Below are positions 1 through 9,660 of a stretch of DNA of 42,966 nucleotides, piece after piece. Origin of the DNA: Thermoleophilia bacterium (GTDB taxonomy: Bacteria > Actinomycetota > Thermoleophilia > Gaiellales > Gaiellaceae); contig JAICNY010000001.1 of NCBI GenBank assembly GCA_025930955.1, positions 1 to 42,966 of the forward strand, given 5' to 3'. Both the position numbers and the translations under genes were made by a program. Below the pieces are notes generated by a model. The model ran no database searches. It was not told the origin of the DNA and was given only the letters and a program-made list of their open reading frames with translations. Every line of letters begins with the position of its first letter. The first letter of the stretch is position 1.

Positions 1-1063
<1,063 letters not shown>

Positions 1064-1522
1064 CTAGACGCCGCCGAGCCGCGGGCCCGGGAGCACGGGC
1101 TGCGGAGGCTCCTGGAGCTCGCGCGGCGGGCGCATGTCGCGGACGTCGTCAGGGGTGAGGAAGACGAGCTCCGGCTCCTCCTGCTCGGGCGCGCCCGGGC
1201 CGCCGCCGAGCGAGCCGGCGAGGACGCCCATGCCGCCCGCGGCGAGGGCGAGCGCGGCCGCGACGGCGACCTTCGCGGCGAGCGTGCTCGCCCGCCCGTG
1301 GCGCGGGGAGGCGACGAAGACCGGCTCGGAGAGCGCCTCGAGCGGCGCCGTCCTGAGCGTCGCCGCGAGCGCGCGCATCTCGCCCACGTGCGCGGCGCAG
1401 CCCGCGCAGCGCTCGAGGTGGCGCTCGAGCAGCACGGACTCGAGCTGCGAGAGCTCTCCGTCGAGCTCGAGCGACGCCCACGCAAGCGCGCGCGAGCATC
1501 CACGGTCCGAAATCGTCCTCAC
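1064..1522 (-). CDS. Anti-sigma factor, zf-HC2 type, single-pass membrane protein
   Basis: The N-terminus carries Hx3Cx2C (RHLERCAGC) after a helical LELDGELSQLES segment. This is followed by one hydrophobic helix (AAKVAVAAALALAAGGMGVLAG) and a Pro/Glu-rich tail. The start (GTG 1522) is uncertain. Confidence 0.7.
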   Translation of the reverse strand: MRTISDRGCSRALAWASLELDGELSQLESVLLERHLERCAGCAAHVGEMRALAATLRTAPLEALSEPVFVASPRHGRASTLAAKVAVAAALALAAGGMGVLAGSLGGGPGAPEQEEPELVFLTPDDVRDMRPPRELQEPPQPVLPGPRLGGV

Positions 1523-1580
1523 ACCTCTTTCGACGCTAGCACGCCCGTTCGGTTAGGGCTTCCTCCGCGCCGCGCGCGCG

Positions 1581-2654
1581 TCAGCGGTGCGCGGCCTGGC
1601 GCAGCTCCTCGCCGGCCTTCAGCGGGTACCAGCACGCCGCCAGGTGGCGCGGCTCGACCTCGCCGAGCGGCGGGAACTCGGTGCGGCAGTTCTCCGGCAC
1701 CTCGTCCGGGCTGCCGCTCACCATGCGCGCCTTCGGGCAGCGCGTGTGGAAGACGCAGCCGGGGGGCGGGTCGATCGGCGACGGAACGTCGCCGGCGAGG
1801 ACGACCCGGTGATGCCCGCCCCCGGTTCCCTGAGGCACGGCGGAGAGAAGTGACGCGGTGTACGGGTGCTTCGGGTTTTCGTACAGCTCCTCCGCGCTGC
1901 CGACCTCGACGACATGCCCGAGGTACATGACCGCGATCCGGTCGGAGATGTGGCGTACGACGCTCAGGTCGTGCGAGATGAAGAGATAGGTGAGATTGAA
2001 GTCCTGCTGCAGCCCCTCGAGCAGGTTGAGGATCTGCGCCTGGATCGAGACGTCGAGAGCCGAGACCGGCTCGTCGCAGATGATCAGCTTCGGCGAGAGC
2101 GCGAGCGCGCGGGCGACCCCGATCCGCTGGCGCTGCCCGCCGGAGAACTCGTGCGGGTAGCGGTTGAAGTGCTCGGGATTCAGGCCGACACGGTTCATGA
2201 GCTCCTGGACGCGGCGGCGCACGTTCCGCTCCCCGCCCTGGATCGCATACGGCGAGCCGATGATCTGCCCGACCGTCTGCCGCGGGTTCAGGGACGAGTA
2301 GGGATCCTGGAAGATCATCTGCATCTCGCGGCGCAGCGGACGCATCTGGCGCCGGCTGTACCCGGTGATCTCCTGGCCGTCGAAGACGACCGAGCCCGAG
2401 GTCGCGTCGATCAGCTTCGTGATCAGGCGCGCCGTCGTCGACTTGCCCGAGCCGGACTCGCCGACGAGCCCGAGCGTCTCGCCCGGGAAGATGTCGAAGC
2501 TCACGTCCTCGACCGCGTGGACGCGCGCGATCTCACGCTGGAAGATGATCCCGCGCGTGATCGGGAAGCGCTTCGTCAGGTTGCGGACGCTGACGAGCGC
2601 GTCGCCGCCGGGCCGCTCGGCCGTCATCGTCCTCGGCTCGGCGAGCTGGCTCAC
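1581..2654 (-). CDS. Oligo/dipeptide ABC transporter ATP-binding protein (OppF/DppF-like)
   Basis: Walker [10 protein letters not shown], signature [15 protein letters not shown], Walker [13 protein letters not shown], and a C-terminal oligopeptide-type domain with 4 Cys. The start is taken at GTG 2654 (GTGA overlap with the upstream stop); ATG 2627 is the alternative. The longer ORF-track N-terminus is Arg/Pro-rich junk. Confidence 0.9.
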   Translation of the reverse strand: MSQLAEPRTMTAERPGGDALVSVRNLTKRFPITRGIIFQREIARVHAVEDVSFDIFPGETLGLVGESGSGKSTTARLITKLIDATSGSVVFDGQEITGYSRRQMRPLRREMQMIFQDPYSSLNPRQTVGQIIGSPYAIQGGERNVRRRVQELMNRVGLNPEHFNRYPHEFSGGQRQRIGVARALALSPKLIICDEPVSALDVSIQAQILNLLEGLQQDFNLTYLFISHDLSVVRHISDRIAVMYLGHVVEVGSAEELYENPKHPYTASLLSAVPQGTGGGHHRVVLAGDVPSPIDPPPGCVFHTRCPKARMVSGSPDEVPENCRTEFPPLGEVEPRHLAACWYPLKAGEELRQAAHR

Positions 2655-3697
2655 ACGGCCACCTTCGTCCGGCGGGCCTCCCGCTCGGACCACAGCCTGC
2701 GCTTGTCCTCGGCCGAGAGGTGACAGGCCTCGGGATGACCGCCGCCGCGGTCCTTGAAATCGGGACGCTGGTCGTCGCACGGGCTGAACCGGTGCGGGCA
2801 GCGCGGGTGGAAGGGGCACCCGGGCGGCACGTTGATGAGCGAGGGCGGCGCCCCCTCGATCGGGACCAGCAGCTCGCCCTTGCTCGCGACGCGGGGGATC
2901 GACTCGAGCAGGCCCCACGTGTATGGGTGAAGCGGCTTGTCGAACACGGCGTCGCGCGCGCCGAGCTCCATCGAACGGCCGGCGTACATGACCATGACCG
3001 TCTGGGCCACGTCCGCGATCACGGCGAGATCGTGCGTGATCAGGATGACGCCGATCTGGAACTCCTCCTTGATCCGCTCGATCAGCTCGAGGATCTGCGC
3101 CTGAACGGTCACGTCGAGCGCCGTCGTCGGCTCGTCGGCGATGAGGATGTCGGGGTTGTGAAGGAGCGCCATCGCGATCATCGCGCGCTGGCGCATCCCG
3201 CCCGAGTACTGGTGCGGGTAGTCGCGGACGCGCTCGCGCGGGCGCGGGATGCCGACCGCGGCGAGCAGCTCGACGACGCGCTCCCGCGCCGCCTTTCGCG
3301 ACATGTCGTCGTGGATCTGGACCGCTTCGACGAGCTGGTCTCCGACCCGGTACATCGGGTGGAGGCAGGCGAACGGATCCTGGAAGATCATCGCGAGCTC
3401 CTTGCCGCGAATCTTCTGGAGCTCCTCGTTCGAGAGCTTCAGGAGGTCGCGACCCTTGAAGAACACCTCGCCCTCGACGAGCGCGCTCTTGCGGTTGATG
3501 AGGCCGAGTGCGGTCAAGCAGGTGACGCTCTTCCCGGAGCCGGACTCGCCGACGATCCCGAAGGTCTCGCCCCGGCGCACGGAGAAGGAGAGCCCGTCCA
3601 CCGCCTTGACGACGCCGTCCGGCGTCGGGAAGTGCACCCTGAGGTCGCGGACTTCGAGAAGGGGCTCGCCGCGGGGCGAGGCGTGGACCTGGCTCAC
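2651..3697 (-). CDS. Oligo/dipeptide ABC transporter ATP-binding protein (OppD/DppD-like)
   Basis: [36 protein letters not shown], and C-terminal [17 protein letters not shown]...EAC. GTG start at 3697 overlaps the permease stop (GTGA). Confidence 0.9.
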   Translation of the reverse strand: MSQVHASPRGEPLLEVRDLRVHFPTPDGVVKAVDGLSFSVRRGETFGIVGESGSGKSVTCLTALGLINRKSALVEGEVFFKGRDLLKLSNEELQKIRGKELAMIFQDPFACLHPMYRVGDQLVEAVQIHDDMSRKAARERVVELLAAVGIPRPRERVRDYPHQYSGGMRQRAMIAMALLHNPDILIADEPTTALDVTVQAQILELIERIKEEFQIGVILITHDLAVIADVAQTVMVMYAGRSMELGARDAVFDKPLHPYTWGLLESIPRVASKGELLVPIEGAPPSLINVPPGCPFHPRCPHRFSPCDDQRPDFKDRGGGHPEACHLSAEDKRRLWSEREARRTKVAV

Positions 3698-4764
3698 GAG
3701 TAGCGCACCCGCGGGTCGAGGTACGCGTAGACGATGTCCACCACGAGGTTCATGAAGGCGACGGCGAACGCGACGATGACCACGACGCCGGTCATCGCCG
3801 GTAGGTCGGCGCTGACCGCGGACTGGACGGCGTAGTTCCCGAGGCCCTGGATGTTGAAGACGGTCTCCGTGATCACGGCGCCGCCGACGAGGAGCGCAAC
3901 GTCGAGGCCGAACATCGTCACGATCGGCGTGAGGCTCGCGCGGAGCCCGTGCTTGAAGATGACGCGCCGCTCGGGCAGGCCCTTGGCGCGCGCGGTGCGG
4001 ATGTAGTCCTCGCCCATCGTGTCGATCAGGTTTCCCCGCGTCATGCGGGCGTAGAACGCCGCGTAGAGGAGGGCGAGGACGGTCCACGGGAGAATGAGGT
4101 GCGTGAACCAGCCCACCGGATCATTGCCGAACTCGACGTATCCCGTCCCGAGCGAGTCGGAGAAGGGCAGCTTCACGGTGAAGATCCAGAGCGCGACCAG
4201 GCCGAGCCAGAAGACGGGCGCGGAGATCCCGAAGAGCGCGAAGCCCATGGCGAGGCGGTCCCAGATCGTCCGTCGCTTGAGGGCCGAGATGACGCCGATC
4301 GAGACACCGACGACGAGCCAGATCACCGCGGCGCCGAAGATGAGCGAAAGGGTGCGCGGCGTTCGTTCGATCAGCTCCTGTCGAACGGCGGTACGGCTGT
4401 CGAATGACATCCCGAGGCCCGGCCAGCCGCAGCCGGACACGCCCGTGGCGCAGCCCCCCGTATCCAGGACGACGAAGTTCTCGACCGACTCGATCGAGCA
4501 GAGCGGTCGGTAGACGAGCGGGCACTCCGTCCCGTCGCCGAGGAACAGGCGCCGCAGGAAGTGCGCGTACTGCTCGGGCAGCGAGCGATCGAGGCCCAGC
4601 TGCTTCTCGACCTGCGCGATCAGCTCCGGCGTGGGCTGCTTCCCGGCAAACCGGACGGACGGATTGCCGGGCGGCATGACGTAGAAGACGACGAACGTCA
4701 GGAGCGTGACGACCAGGACGACGAGAACCGTCCAGAGAAGCCGCCTGATGACGTAGCGCCCCAT
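3694..4764 (-). CDS. Peptide ABC transporter permease (OppB/DppB-like) with a Cys-containing extracytoplasmic insertion
   Basis: Typical N-terminus [19 protein letters not shown] and the EAA-loop region [26 protein letters not shown]. An extra segment of ~40 aa between LGD and GMSF carries 4 Cys. Confidence 0.9.
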   Translation of the reverse strand: MGRYVIRRLLWTVLVVLVVTLLTFVVFYVMPPGNPSVRFAGKQPTPELIAQVEKQLGLDRSLPEQYAHFLRRLFLGDGTECPLVYRPLCSIESVENFVVLDTGGCATGVSGCGWPGLGMSFDSRTAVRQELIERTPRTLSLIFGAAVIWLVVGVSIGVISALKRRTIWDRLAMGFALFGISAPVFWLGLVALWIFTVKLPFSDSLGTGYVEFGNDPVGWFTHLILPWTVLALLYAAFYARMTRGNLIDTMGEDYIRTARAKGLPERRVIFKHGLRASLTPIVTMFGLDVALLVGGAVITETVFNIQGLGNYAVQSAVSADLPAMTGVVVIVAFAVAFMNLVVDIVYAYLDPRVRYS

Positions 4765-4808
4765 CTGCCCTCTTCGCTCGCTCTAGGTCGTTACACGATA
4801 GTCGAGCC

Positions 4809-4842
4809 GGAGGGCCGCCCCAAGCATCCGGGACGGCCCTCC
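4809..4842 (-). terminator. Stem-loop just downstream of the binding-protein gene (putative attenuator/mRNA stabiliser)
   Basis: A perfect 9-bp inverted repeat GGAGGGCCG (4809-4817) / CGGCCCTCC (4834-4842) with a 16-nt loop, inside the 97-bp gap between the SBP stop and the permease start. There is no clear U-tract. Confidence 0.35.
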
Positions 4843-4861
4843 GAGCTCGCTGGATCGCTCC

Positions 4862-6757
4862 TTACTGCTGGAGGTCCTGGTCGATGGCCAGGTGCGCCCA
4901 GGCCGGGTCGCCCGAAGCCTGGTCGAACACGTACTTCGAGACCGCGTCGCTGATCACGAAGTCGGCGTTGCCCTGGAGGTACGGGACCCACGGCACGATC
5001 TCCTCCATGAGCTGCTGGTCGAGCTCCTGCCAACAGTCCAGGCGCTCCTCGTCCATCAGCTCGTTGCACGAGTCGATCGCGTCGTCCACGCTCGTGATCC
5101 CCTCGACCGTGCCGGTGGCGCCGAGCTCCTGCGCGGTCTCCGGCGTCAGGCCGACGAGGGAGTAGTTCACGTTGCCCTCCGGCAGGATGCTGCGACTGTC
5201 GAAGAGCACCATGAACGTGGAGGCGTCCGCGTAGTCCTTGCCCCAGCCCGGGGTGGACGAGACGGGCACCTGCCGCTTCACGGTCTGGATGATCGTGTAC
5301 GAGTCCTCGAACTGACGCGTGTTCAGCTCGATGCCGATCTTCGCGAACGACTCCTCGATGATCGGGGCCATGTTCGCCCAGACATCGGTCGTCCGAGTCA
5401 CGTGGAGCACGCCCTTGCACTGCGGCGCGTCGCACATGCCGTCCTGATCGGTGTCGTACTTCGACTGGCGCATCTCGTTCTGCGCCTCCTCGAGGTTGCC
5501 CGCATCGCCTTCGGTGGCGTACGGCGCGTAGTCCTCGAGGTTGTTGTTGAACATCGTGTCCGGGACGATGTGATTCGCGATCAAGCCCTTGGGCTCGCCG
5601 CCCCACGCGCGCCGGAGTCCTTCCTTGTCCATGATCCAGTTCGCTGCCTTGCGGACGTGGATGTCGTCGAAGGGCGGCTGGGTCAGGTTCATCGTGATGT
5701 ACCACGTGCGGTCGCCCGAGTTGATCTGGTAGCGATCCTCGAGGTCCGCGTTCGTCGAGTACTCACGCACGACCTCGGACGGCTCGGACGCGTACGCGAG
5801 CTCGAGCTGACCCTGGCGCACCCGGTCGAAGATGTCCTGGGCGTTCGTGTTCAGGGTCATCTCGAACCGGTCGAAGAAGTTCTCGCGCGCCTCCGGCGTG
5901 TCGGTCTCGGGGTCGTAGTTCGGGTTGCGCTCCAGGATGAGGCGCTGGTTCGGGTTGAAGCCCGAGATAGCCTGCATCGTGTCGCAGCTCGTGATGTCGA
6001 GCTGGTCGGAGCCCTCGATCATGTACGGGCCGCTCGAGATCACGAAGCGGCCGTACTCACCGGCGGTGAGGAAGCACTTCGCGACCTCCTCCGGGATCGG
6101 GCCGGCTGCCGGCATGGCGATCCGGTAGAGGAAGTCGCCGGTCGGTGCCTCGAGGTCGAACTGGATCGTGCGCTCGTCCTGCACCGTGATGCCCTCGATG
6201 GGCGTCTCGCCCTCGGGATCCTCGGTGAGGCCGCCGGCGTCGCTGTACTCCTGGAGACCCTTGATGACGCCCAGGTAGTAGAAGCCGTACTGCGCCACGA
6301 GCGCGGGCGTCGCGATCCGCCGGAAGGCGTACTCGACGTCCTGCGCGGTGACGGCCCGGTCGAGCGGCGGACCCCACATCACGCCCTCGCGGAGCGTGAA
6401 CGTGTACGTCAGGCCGTCCTCGGAGATCTCCGGCTCCGCCTCGGCGAGATCCGGGATGAGCTCGTTGCCCTCGGCGTCGGGCACGTGGTTGTAGCCCATG
6501 AGCGTGCGGCCGAGGAGGTTTTGGTAGAGCCCGAGGAACGTGGCGAGGTACTCGCCGGTCGGGTCGAAGTTCCCGGTCCACTCGAACGCGTCCGTCTGCG
6601 TCCGGAACGTTCCGCCCGGCTCGGCGCCCTCGTCAACGCCTTCGCTCGCCTCGGTGCCGGCCTCGTCGCCGCCGTCGTCACCGCCACAACCGGCGGCGCC
6701 GAGCGCGAGGAGGAGGCTCAACGCGAGCAAGAGTGCTGCGATCGTCGAACGTCGCAA
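4862..6757 (-). CDS. ABC transporter substrate-binding lipoprotein, family 5 (OppA/DppA-like)
   Basis: Signal peptide plus lipobox MRRSTIAALLLALSLLLALGAAGCGGDD, with size and composition typical of SBP_bac_5. The start is TTG, with a GAGAGGAG SD ~7 nt upstream. Confidence 0.85.
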   Translation of the reverse strand: MRRSTIAALLLALSLLLALGAAGCGGDDGGDEAGTEASEGVDEGAEPGGTFRTQTDAFEWTGNFDPTGEYLATFLGLYQNLLGRTLMGYNHVPDAEGNELIPDLAEAEPEISEDGLTYTFTLREGVMWGPPLDRAVTAQDVEYAFRRIATPALVAQYGFYYLGVIKGLQEYSDAGGLTEDPEGETPIEGITVQDERTIQFDLEAPTGDFLYRIAMPAAGPIPEEVAKCFLTAGEYGRFVISSGPYMIEGSDQLDITSCDTMQAISGFNPNQRLILERNPNYDPETDTPEARENFFDRFEMTLNTNAQDIFDRVRQGQLELAYASEPSEVVREYSTNADLEDRYQINSGDRTWYITMNLTQPPFDDIHVRKAANWIMDKEGLRRAWGGEPKGLIANHIVPDTMFNNNLEDYAPYATEGDAGNLEEAQNEMRQSKYDTDQDGMCDAPQCKGVLHVTRTTDVWANMAPIIEESFAKIGIELNTRQFEDSYTIIQTVKRQVPVSSTPGWGKDYADASTFMVLFDSRSILPEGNVNYSLVGLTPETAQELGATGTVEGITSVDDAIDSCNELMDEERLDCWQELDQQLMEEIVPWVPYLQGNADFVISDAVSKYVFDQASGDPAWAHLAIDQDLQQ

Positions 6758-6877
6758 AGTTCGCTCCTCTCTTCTGTGTGCTGGTTTCGGGTATCTCTTC
6801 GTTCGCTGGTCGTAGCGACAGCCCTTGTGAACGTTGACGACGAGCCTCGAACGAAGTTAGGCGCGCGGGCGCCCGTG

Positions 6878-7843
6878 TCACCGGTTGCTGCGCGGGTCGA
6901 GCGCGTCGCGGAGCCCGTCCCCGAGCAGGTTGAACGAGAGCGTGGTGAGGATGAGGAAGATGCCCGGGAAGAACATCAGCCACCACGCGAAGCGAAAATA
7001 CTGGGTGGCGTCGGACAGCATCCCGCCCCAGGACGGCGTGCGCTGCGGCACGCCGAGCCCGAGGAACGAGAGCGCGGCCTCGAAGAGGATGTTCGTCGGG
7101 ATGAGGAGCGTCGAGTAGACGACGATCGGCGCGACGAGGTTCGGCAGGACCTCGCGGAACATGATCCGCGTGTTGCCCGCCCCGAGCGACCGTGAGGCCT
7201 CGATGAACTCCTTCTCCCGGATCGAGAGGGTGTTGCCGCGGACGATGCGCGCGATGTAGGGCCAGGAGAAGAGCGCGATCACGAAGATGACGAGCGTGAG
7301 CCCCGGCTCGATCAGGCCGTTCAGGCAGCCGGTCGTTCCGCAGGCCGCGACGATCCCGATCGCGAAGAGGAGGATCGGCATCGAGAGGACGACGTCGATC
7401 GTGCGCGAGATCGCCGTGTCGATCTTGCCGCCGAAGTAGCCGGCGAGGATGCCGACGATCGTCCCGAAGAAGACGGCGATGCCGGTGGCGACGAGCCCGA
7501 CGATGAGCGACGTGCGCGCCCCGTAGATCGCGCGGACGAACACGTCGCGCCCGGCCTGGTCGGCGCCGAACCAGAAGTCGGCGTTCGGGCCCTTCGGGAC
7601 GCCGAACGAGTCGGTCATCTCGCGCTGGAAGAGGTCGTTCGGCCCGTGCCCGACGAGCTTCGCGATGAGCGGTGCCGCCAGTGCGAGCACGATCAGCACG
7701 ATGATGATCACGAGCCCGGCGACCGCCGCCTTGTCCTGCTTGAAGCGCGCCCAGAAGAGCTGCCGGGGCGAGAGGCCGACGACATCGGTCTCCGGCTCGG
7801 CCGGCGGGCCTGCCTCGTGGATCTCGGGTGCGACGGTTGCCAT
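6878..7843 (-). CDS. Peptide ABC transporter permease (OppC/DppC-like)
   Basis: N-terminal OppC-type segment LSPRQLFWARFKQDKAAVAGLVIIIVL and EAA loop FIEASRSLGAGNTRIMFREVLPNL. Confidence 0.9.
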   Translation of the reverse strand: MATVAPEIHEAGPPAEPETDVVGLSPRQLFWARFKQDKAAVAGLVIIIVLIVLALAAPLIAKLVGHGPNDLFQREMTDSFGVPKGPNADFWFGADQAGRDVFVRAIYGARTSLIVGLVATGIAVFFGTIVGILAGYFGGKIDTAISRTIDVVLSMPILLFAIGIVAACGTTGCLNGLIEPGLTLVIFVIALFSWPYIARIVRGNTLSIREKEFIEASRSLGAGNTRIMFREVLPNLVAPIVVYSTLLIPTNILFEAALSFLGLGVPQRTPSWGGMLSDATQYFRFAWWLMFFPGIFLILTTLSFNLLGDGLRDALDPRSNR

Positions 7844-7852
7844 TCCGCGTTT

Positions 7853-7896
7853 CCGCTCGCCGGGCAGCGAGTGTAACCGAGACGCCGGGCGAGCGG
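7853..7896 (-). terminator. Stem-loop downstream of the second binding-protein gene (putative attenuator/mRNA stabiliser)
   Basis: CCGCTCGCCGG (7853-7863) pairs with CCGGGCGAGCGG (7885-7896), giving 11 bp with one bulge. It lies in the 99-bp gap between the SBP2 stop and the OppC-like start. Confidence 0.3.
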
Positions 7897-7942
7897 CCCG
7901 GCGCCGTGTGGTTCCTCTTCCGACGAGCGCGCGCGGCGGTGG

Positions 7943-9628
7943 TTAGTCGAGCGCGACCGCCGACAGATCGATCTGCCCGAGGGGATTCACCGCGAACGTG
8001 TCCTGCACCTGCAAGGACTCGAGCGTCGTGTACGTCGGGCGGTAGACCGGGACGAGCGGGAGCGCGCCTCCCTCGCCCGTGAGGAGCTCCTCCGCCCGCG
8101 CGTAGAGGTGGCTCCGGACGAGCGTGCTCTCCGCCGCGCGCGCCTCGGCGAGGACGCCGTCGTAGGCGGCGCTGCAGAAGTTCGCCTTGTTCGAGGCCGC
8201 GCCGCACGACCAGAGCGCGAGCGTCGGCCACGGATCGGGGATCCAGGGGTCGAGATCCTGCTGGTAGAGGTCGACGGAGTCGCGCGAGAGCGGCCCCTCG
8301 AAGTCGAGGAAGCTCTCCGCCGGCTGCGAGTTGACGACCGTCTCGAGCCCGAGCTCCTCCCAGACCGCGGCGAGGGCGAGCGCGACGGCGCGGCTGTCCG
8401 GATCGTCCACGTGGAGGAGCGTCACGCGCCGCTTCACGGCGCCCGCCGCCTCGAGCTCCGCGCGCGCGGCCGCGAGGTCGCCGTCCTCCGGCGCCCACGG
8501 CGAGTCGGGCGCGTTGCGGCCCTCGTACGGCATTCCCTCGGGCAGGAAGCGCGTCGCGGGCGCCTCGCCGCCGCCCGTCACGTTCTCGACGAGCGCCTCC
8601 CGGTCGACGGCGAGCGACATCGCGCGGCGCTGGCGCACGTCGGCAATTCCGACGAGGTTGAACGCGAACGTCGTCGCCTGGAGGCTCGGGTACGCCTCGA
8701 ACTCGCGCCGCTCGCGGAGCTCCGGCAGCTCGGGCTCGGGGAGCGGCGAGCCGTCGAGGGCGAGCACCGTCCCCTCGTCGAACGCCTGCACGCGGGCGCG
8801 CGCGTCGCCGATCACGACAGCCTCGACGCGCGCGAGCGAGACCCGCGCCGCCGCCCGGAAGCGAGGGTTGCGGACGAGCGAGATCGCGCTCTCGGTGCGG
8901 CCCCCGAGGACGAACGGCCCGTTCGTGACGATCGTCCCCGGCGCGGCCCAGTCCTCGCCGTGCCGGCTCACCGTCCGCGCGTGGACGGGCAGGAACGGCG
9001 GGAGCGCGGTGAGGCGCACGAACCACGGCTGCGGGACGGTCAGCCGGACGACGAGCCGGTGGTCGCCGCGGGCGCGGACGCCGACGGCCTCCTCGAGCTC
9101 GTCGCAGCGCTCCGTGCACCGGTTGTACGCGGCGGCGCCGCGGATCCCGTACAGGCGCGAGGCGAGCGGCGACTCGAGCTCGGGCGAGAGGACCCGGAGC
9201 CACGCGGCGACGAAGTCCGAGGCGACGACGGGCTCGCCGTTCGACCAGCGCGCCTCCGGCCGGAGGAGGAACGTGACCGTGAGCCCGTCCTCCGAGACGC
9301 GCCACTCGCTGGCGAGCGCAGGCTCCGGCTCGAGATCCGGCCCGAGCCGGACGAGGGGGTCGAAGAGGTTCCCGACGACGTTCGCGGCCGCGCGGTCGAC
9401 GGCGAACGCAGGGTCGAGCGAGGCCGGCTCCTCGGAGAGCGCGAGCGTCAGCGTTTCGCCCTCGAGCTCGCCCTCCGCCTCGGGCGGCGCAGGCGTCTCG
9501 CGCGGGACGGGATCGGCGCTCTCGAGCGTCGAGCCGGCCGCCGCGAGGAGCCCGATCAGGACGAGCACCCCGATCATCGCGACGTAGTGGGGGCGTTCGC
9601 CGGAGGCGCGCTGGCGTCGCCGGAGCAT
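7943..9628 (-). CDS. Second family-5 peptide/nickel-type ABC substrate-binding protein, membrane-anchored (no lipobox Cys)
   Basis: An N-terminal hydrophobic anchor VAMIGVLVLIGLLAAAG is followed by SBP_bac_5-like motifs (LDPAFAVDRAAANVVGNLFDPLVRLGPDLEPEPALASEW...DGLTVTFLLRPEARWSNGEPV). The start is uncertain because no SD is visible. Confidence 0.8.
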   Translation of the reverse strand: MLRRRQRASGERPHYVAMIGVLVLIGLLAAAGSTLESADPVPRETPAPPEAEGELEGETLTLALSEEPASLDPAFAVDRAAANVVGNLFDPLVRLGPDLEPEPALASEWRVSEDGLTVTFLLRPEARWSNGEPVVASDFVAAWLRVLSPELESPLASRLYGIRGAAAYNRCTERCDELEEAVGVRARGDHRLVVRLTVPQPWFVRLTALPPFLPVHARTVSRHGEDWAAPGTIVTNGPFVLGGRTESAISLVRNPRFRAAARVSLARVEAVVIGDARARVQAFDEGTVLALDGSPLPEPELPELRERREFEAYPSLQATTFAFNLVGIADVRQRRAMSLAVDREALVENVTGGGEAPATRFLPEGMPYEGRNAPDSPWAPEDGDLAAARAELEAAGAVKRRVTLLHVDDPDSRAVALALAAVWEELGLETVVNSQPAESFLDFEGPLSRDSVDLYQQDLDPWIPDPWPTLALWSCGAASNKANFCSAAYDGVLAEARAAESTLVRSHLYARAEELLTGEGGALPLVPVYRPTYTTLESLQVQDTFAVNPLGQIDLSAVALD

Positions 9629-9642
9629 CGGTGGGAACGGTA

Positions 9643-9657
9643 GCCCGCCGCGCGGGC
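9643..9657 (-). terminator. Small GC hairpin in the 32-bp atpG/SBP2 junction (possible partial terminator)
   Basis: GCCCGC-CGC-GCGGGC, a 6-bp perfect stem with a 3-nt loop and no U-tract. Confidence 0.2.
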
Positions 9658-9660
9658 GTG

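Noticed and set aside
4892-7195. 767-aa plus-strand ORF
   Set aside because: It is antisense to the well-supported SBP and OppC-like genes. The translation is Arg/Asp/Val/Leu/Glu-rich low-complexity typical of shadow ORFs in high-GC DNA, with no recognisable motif.
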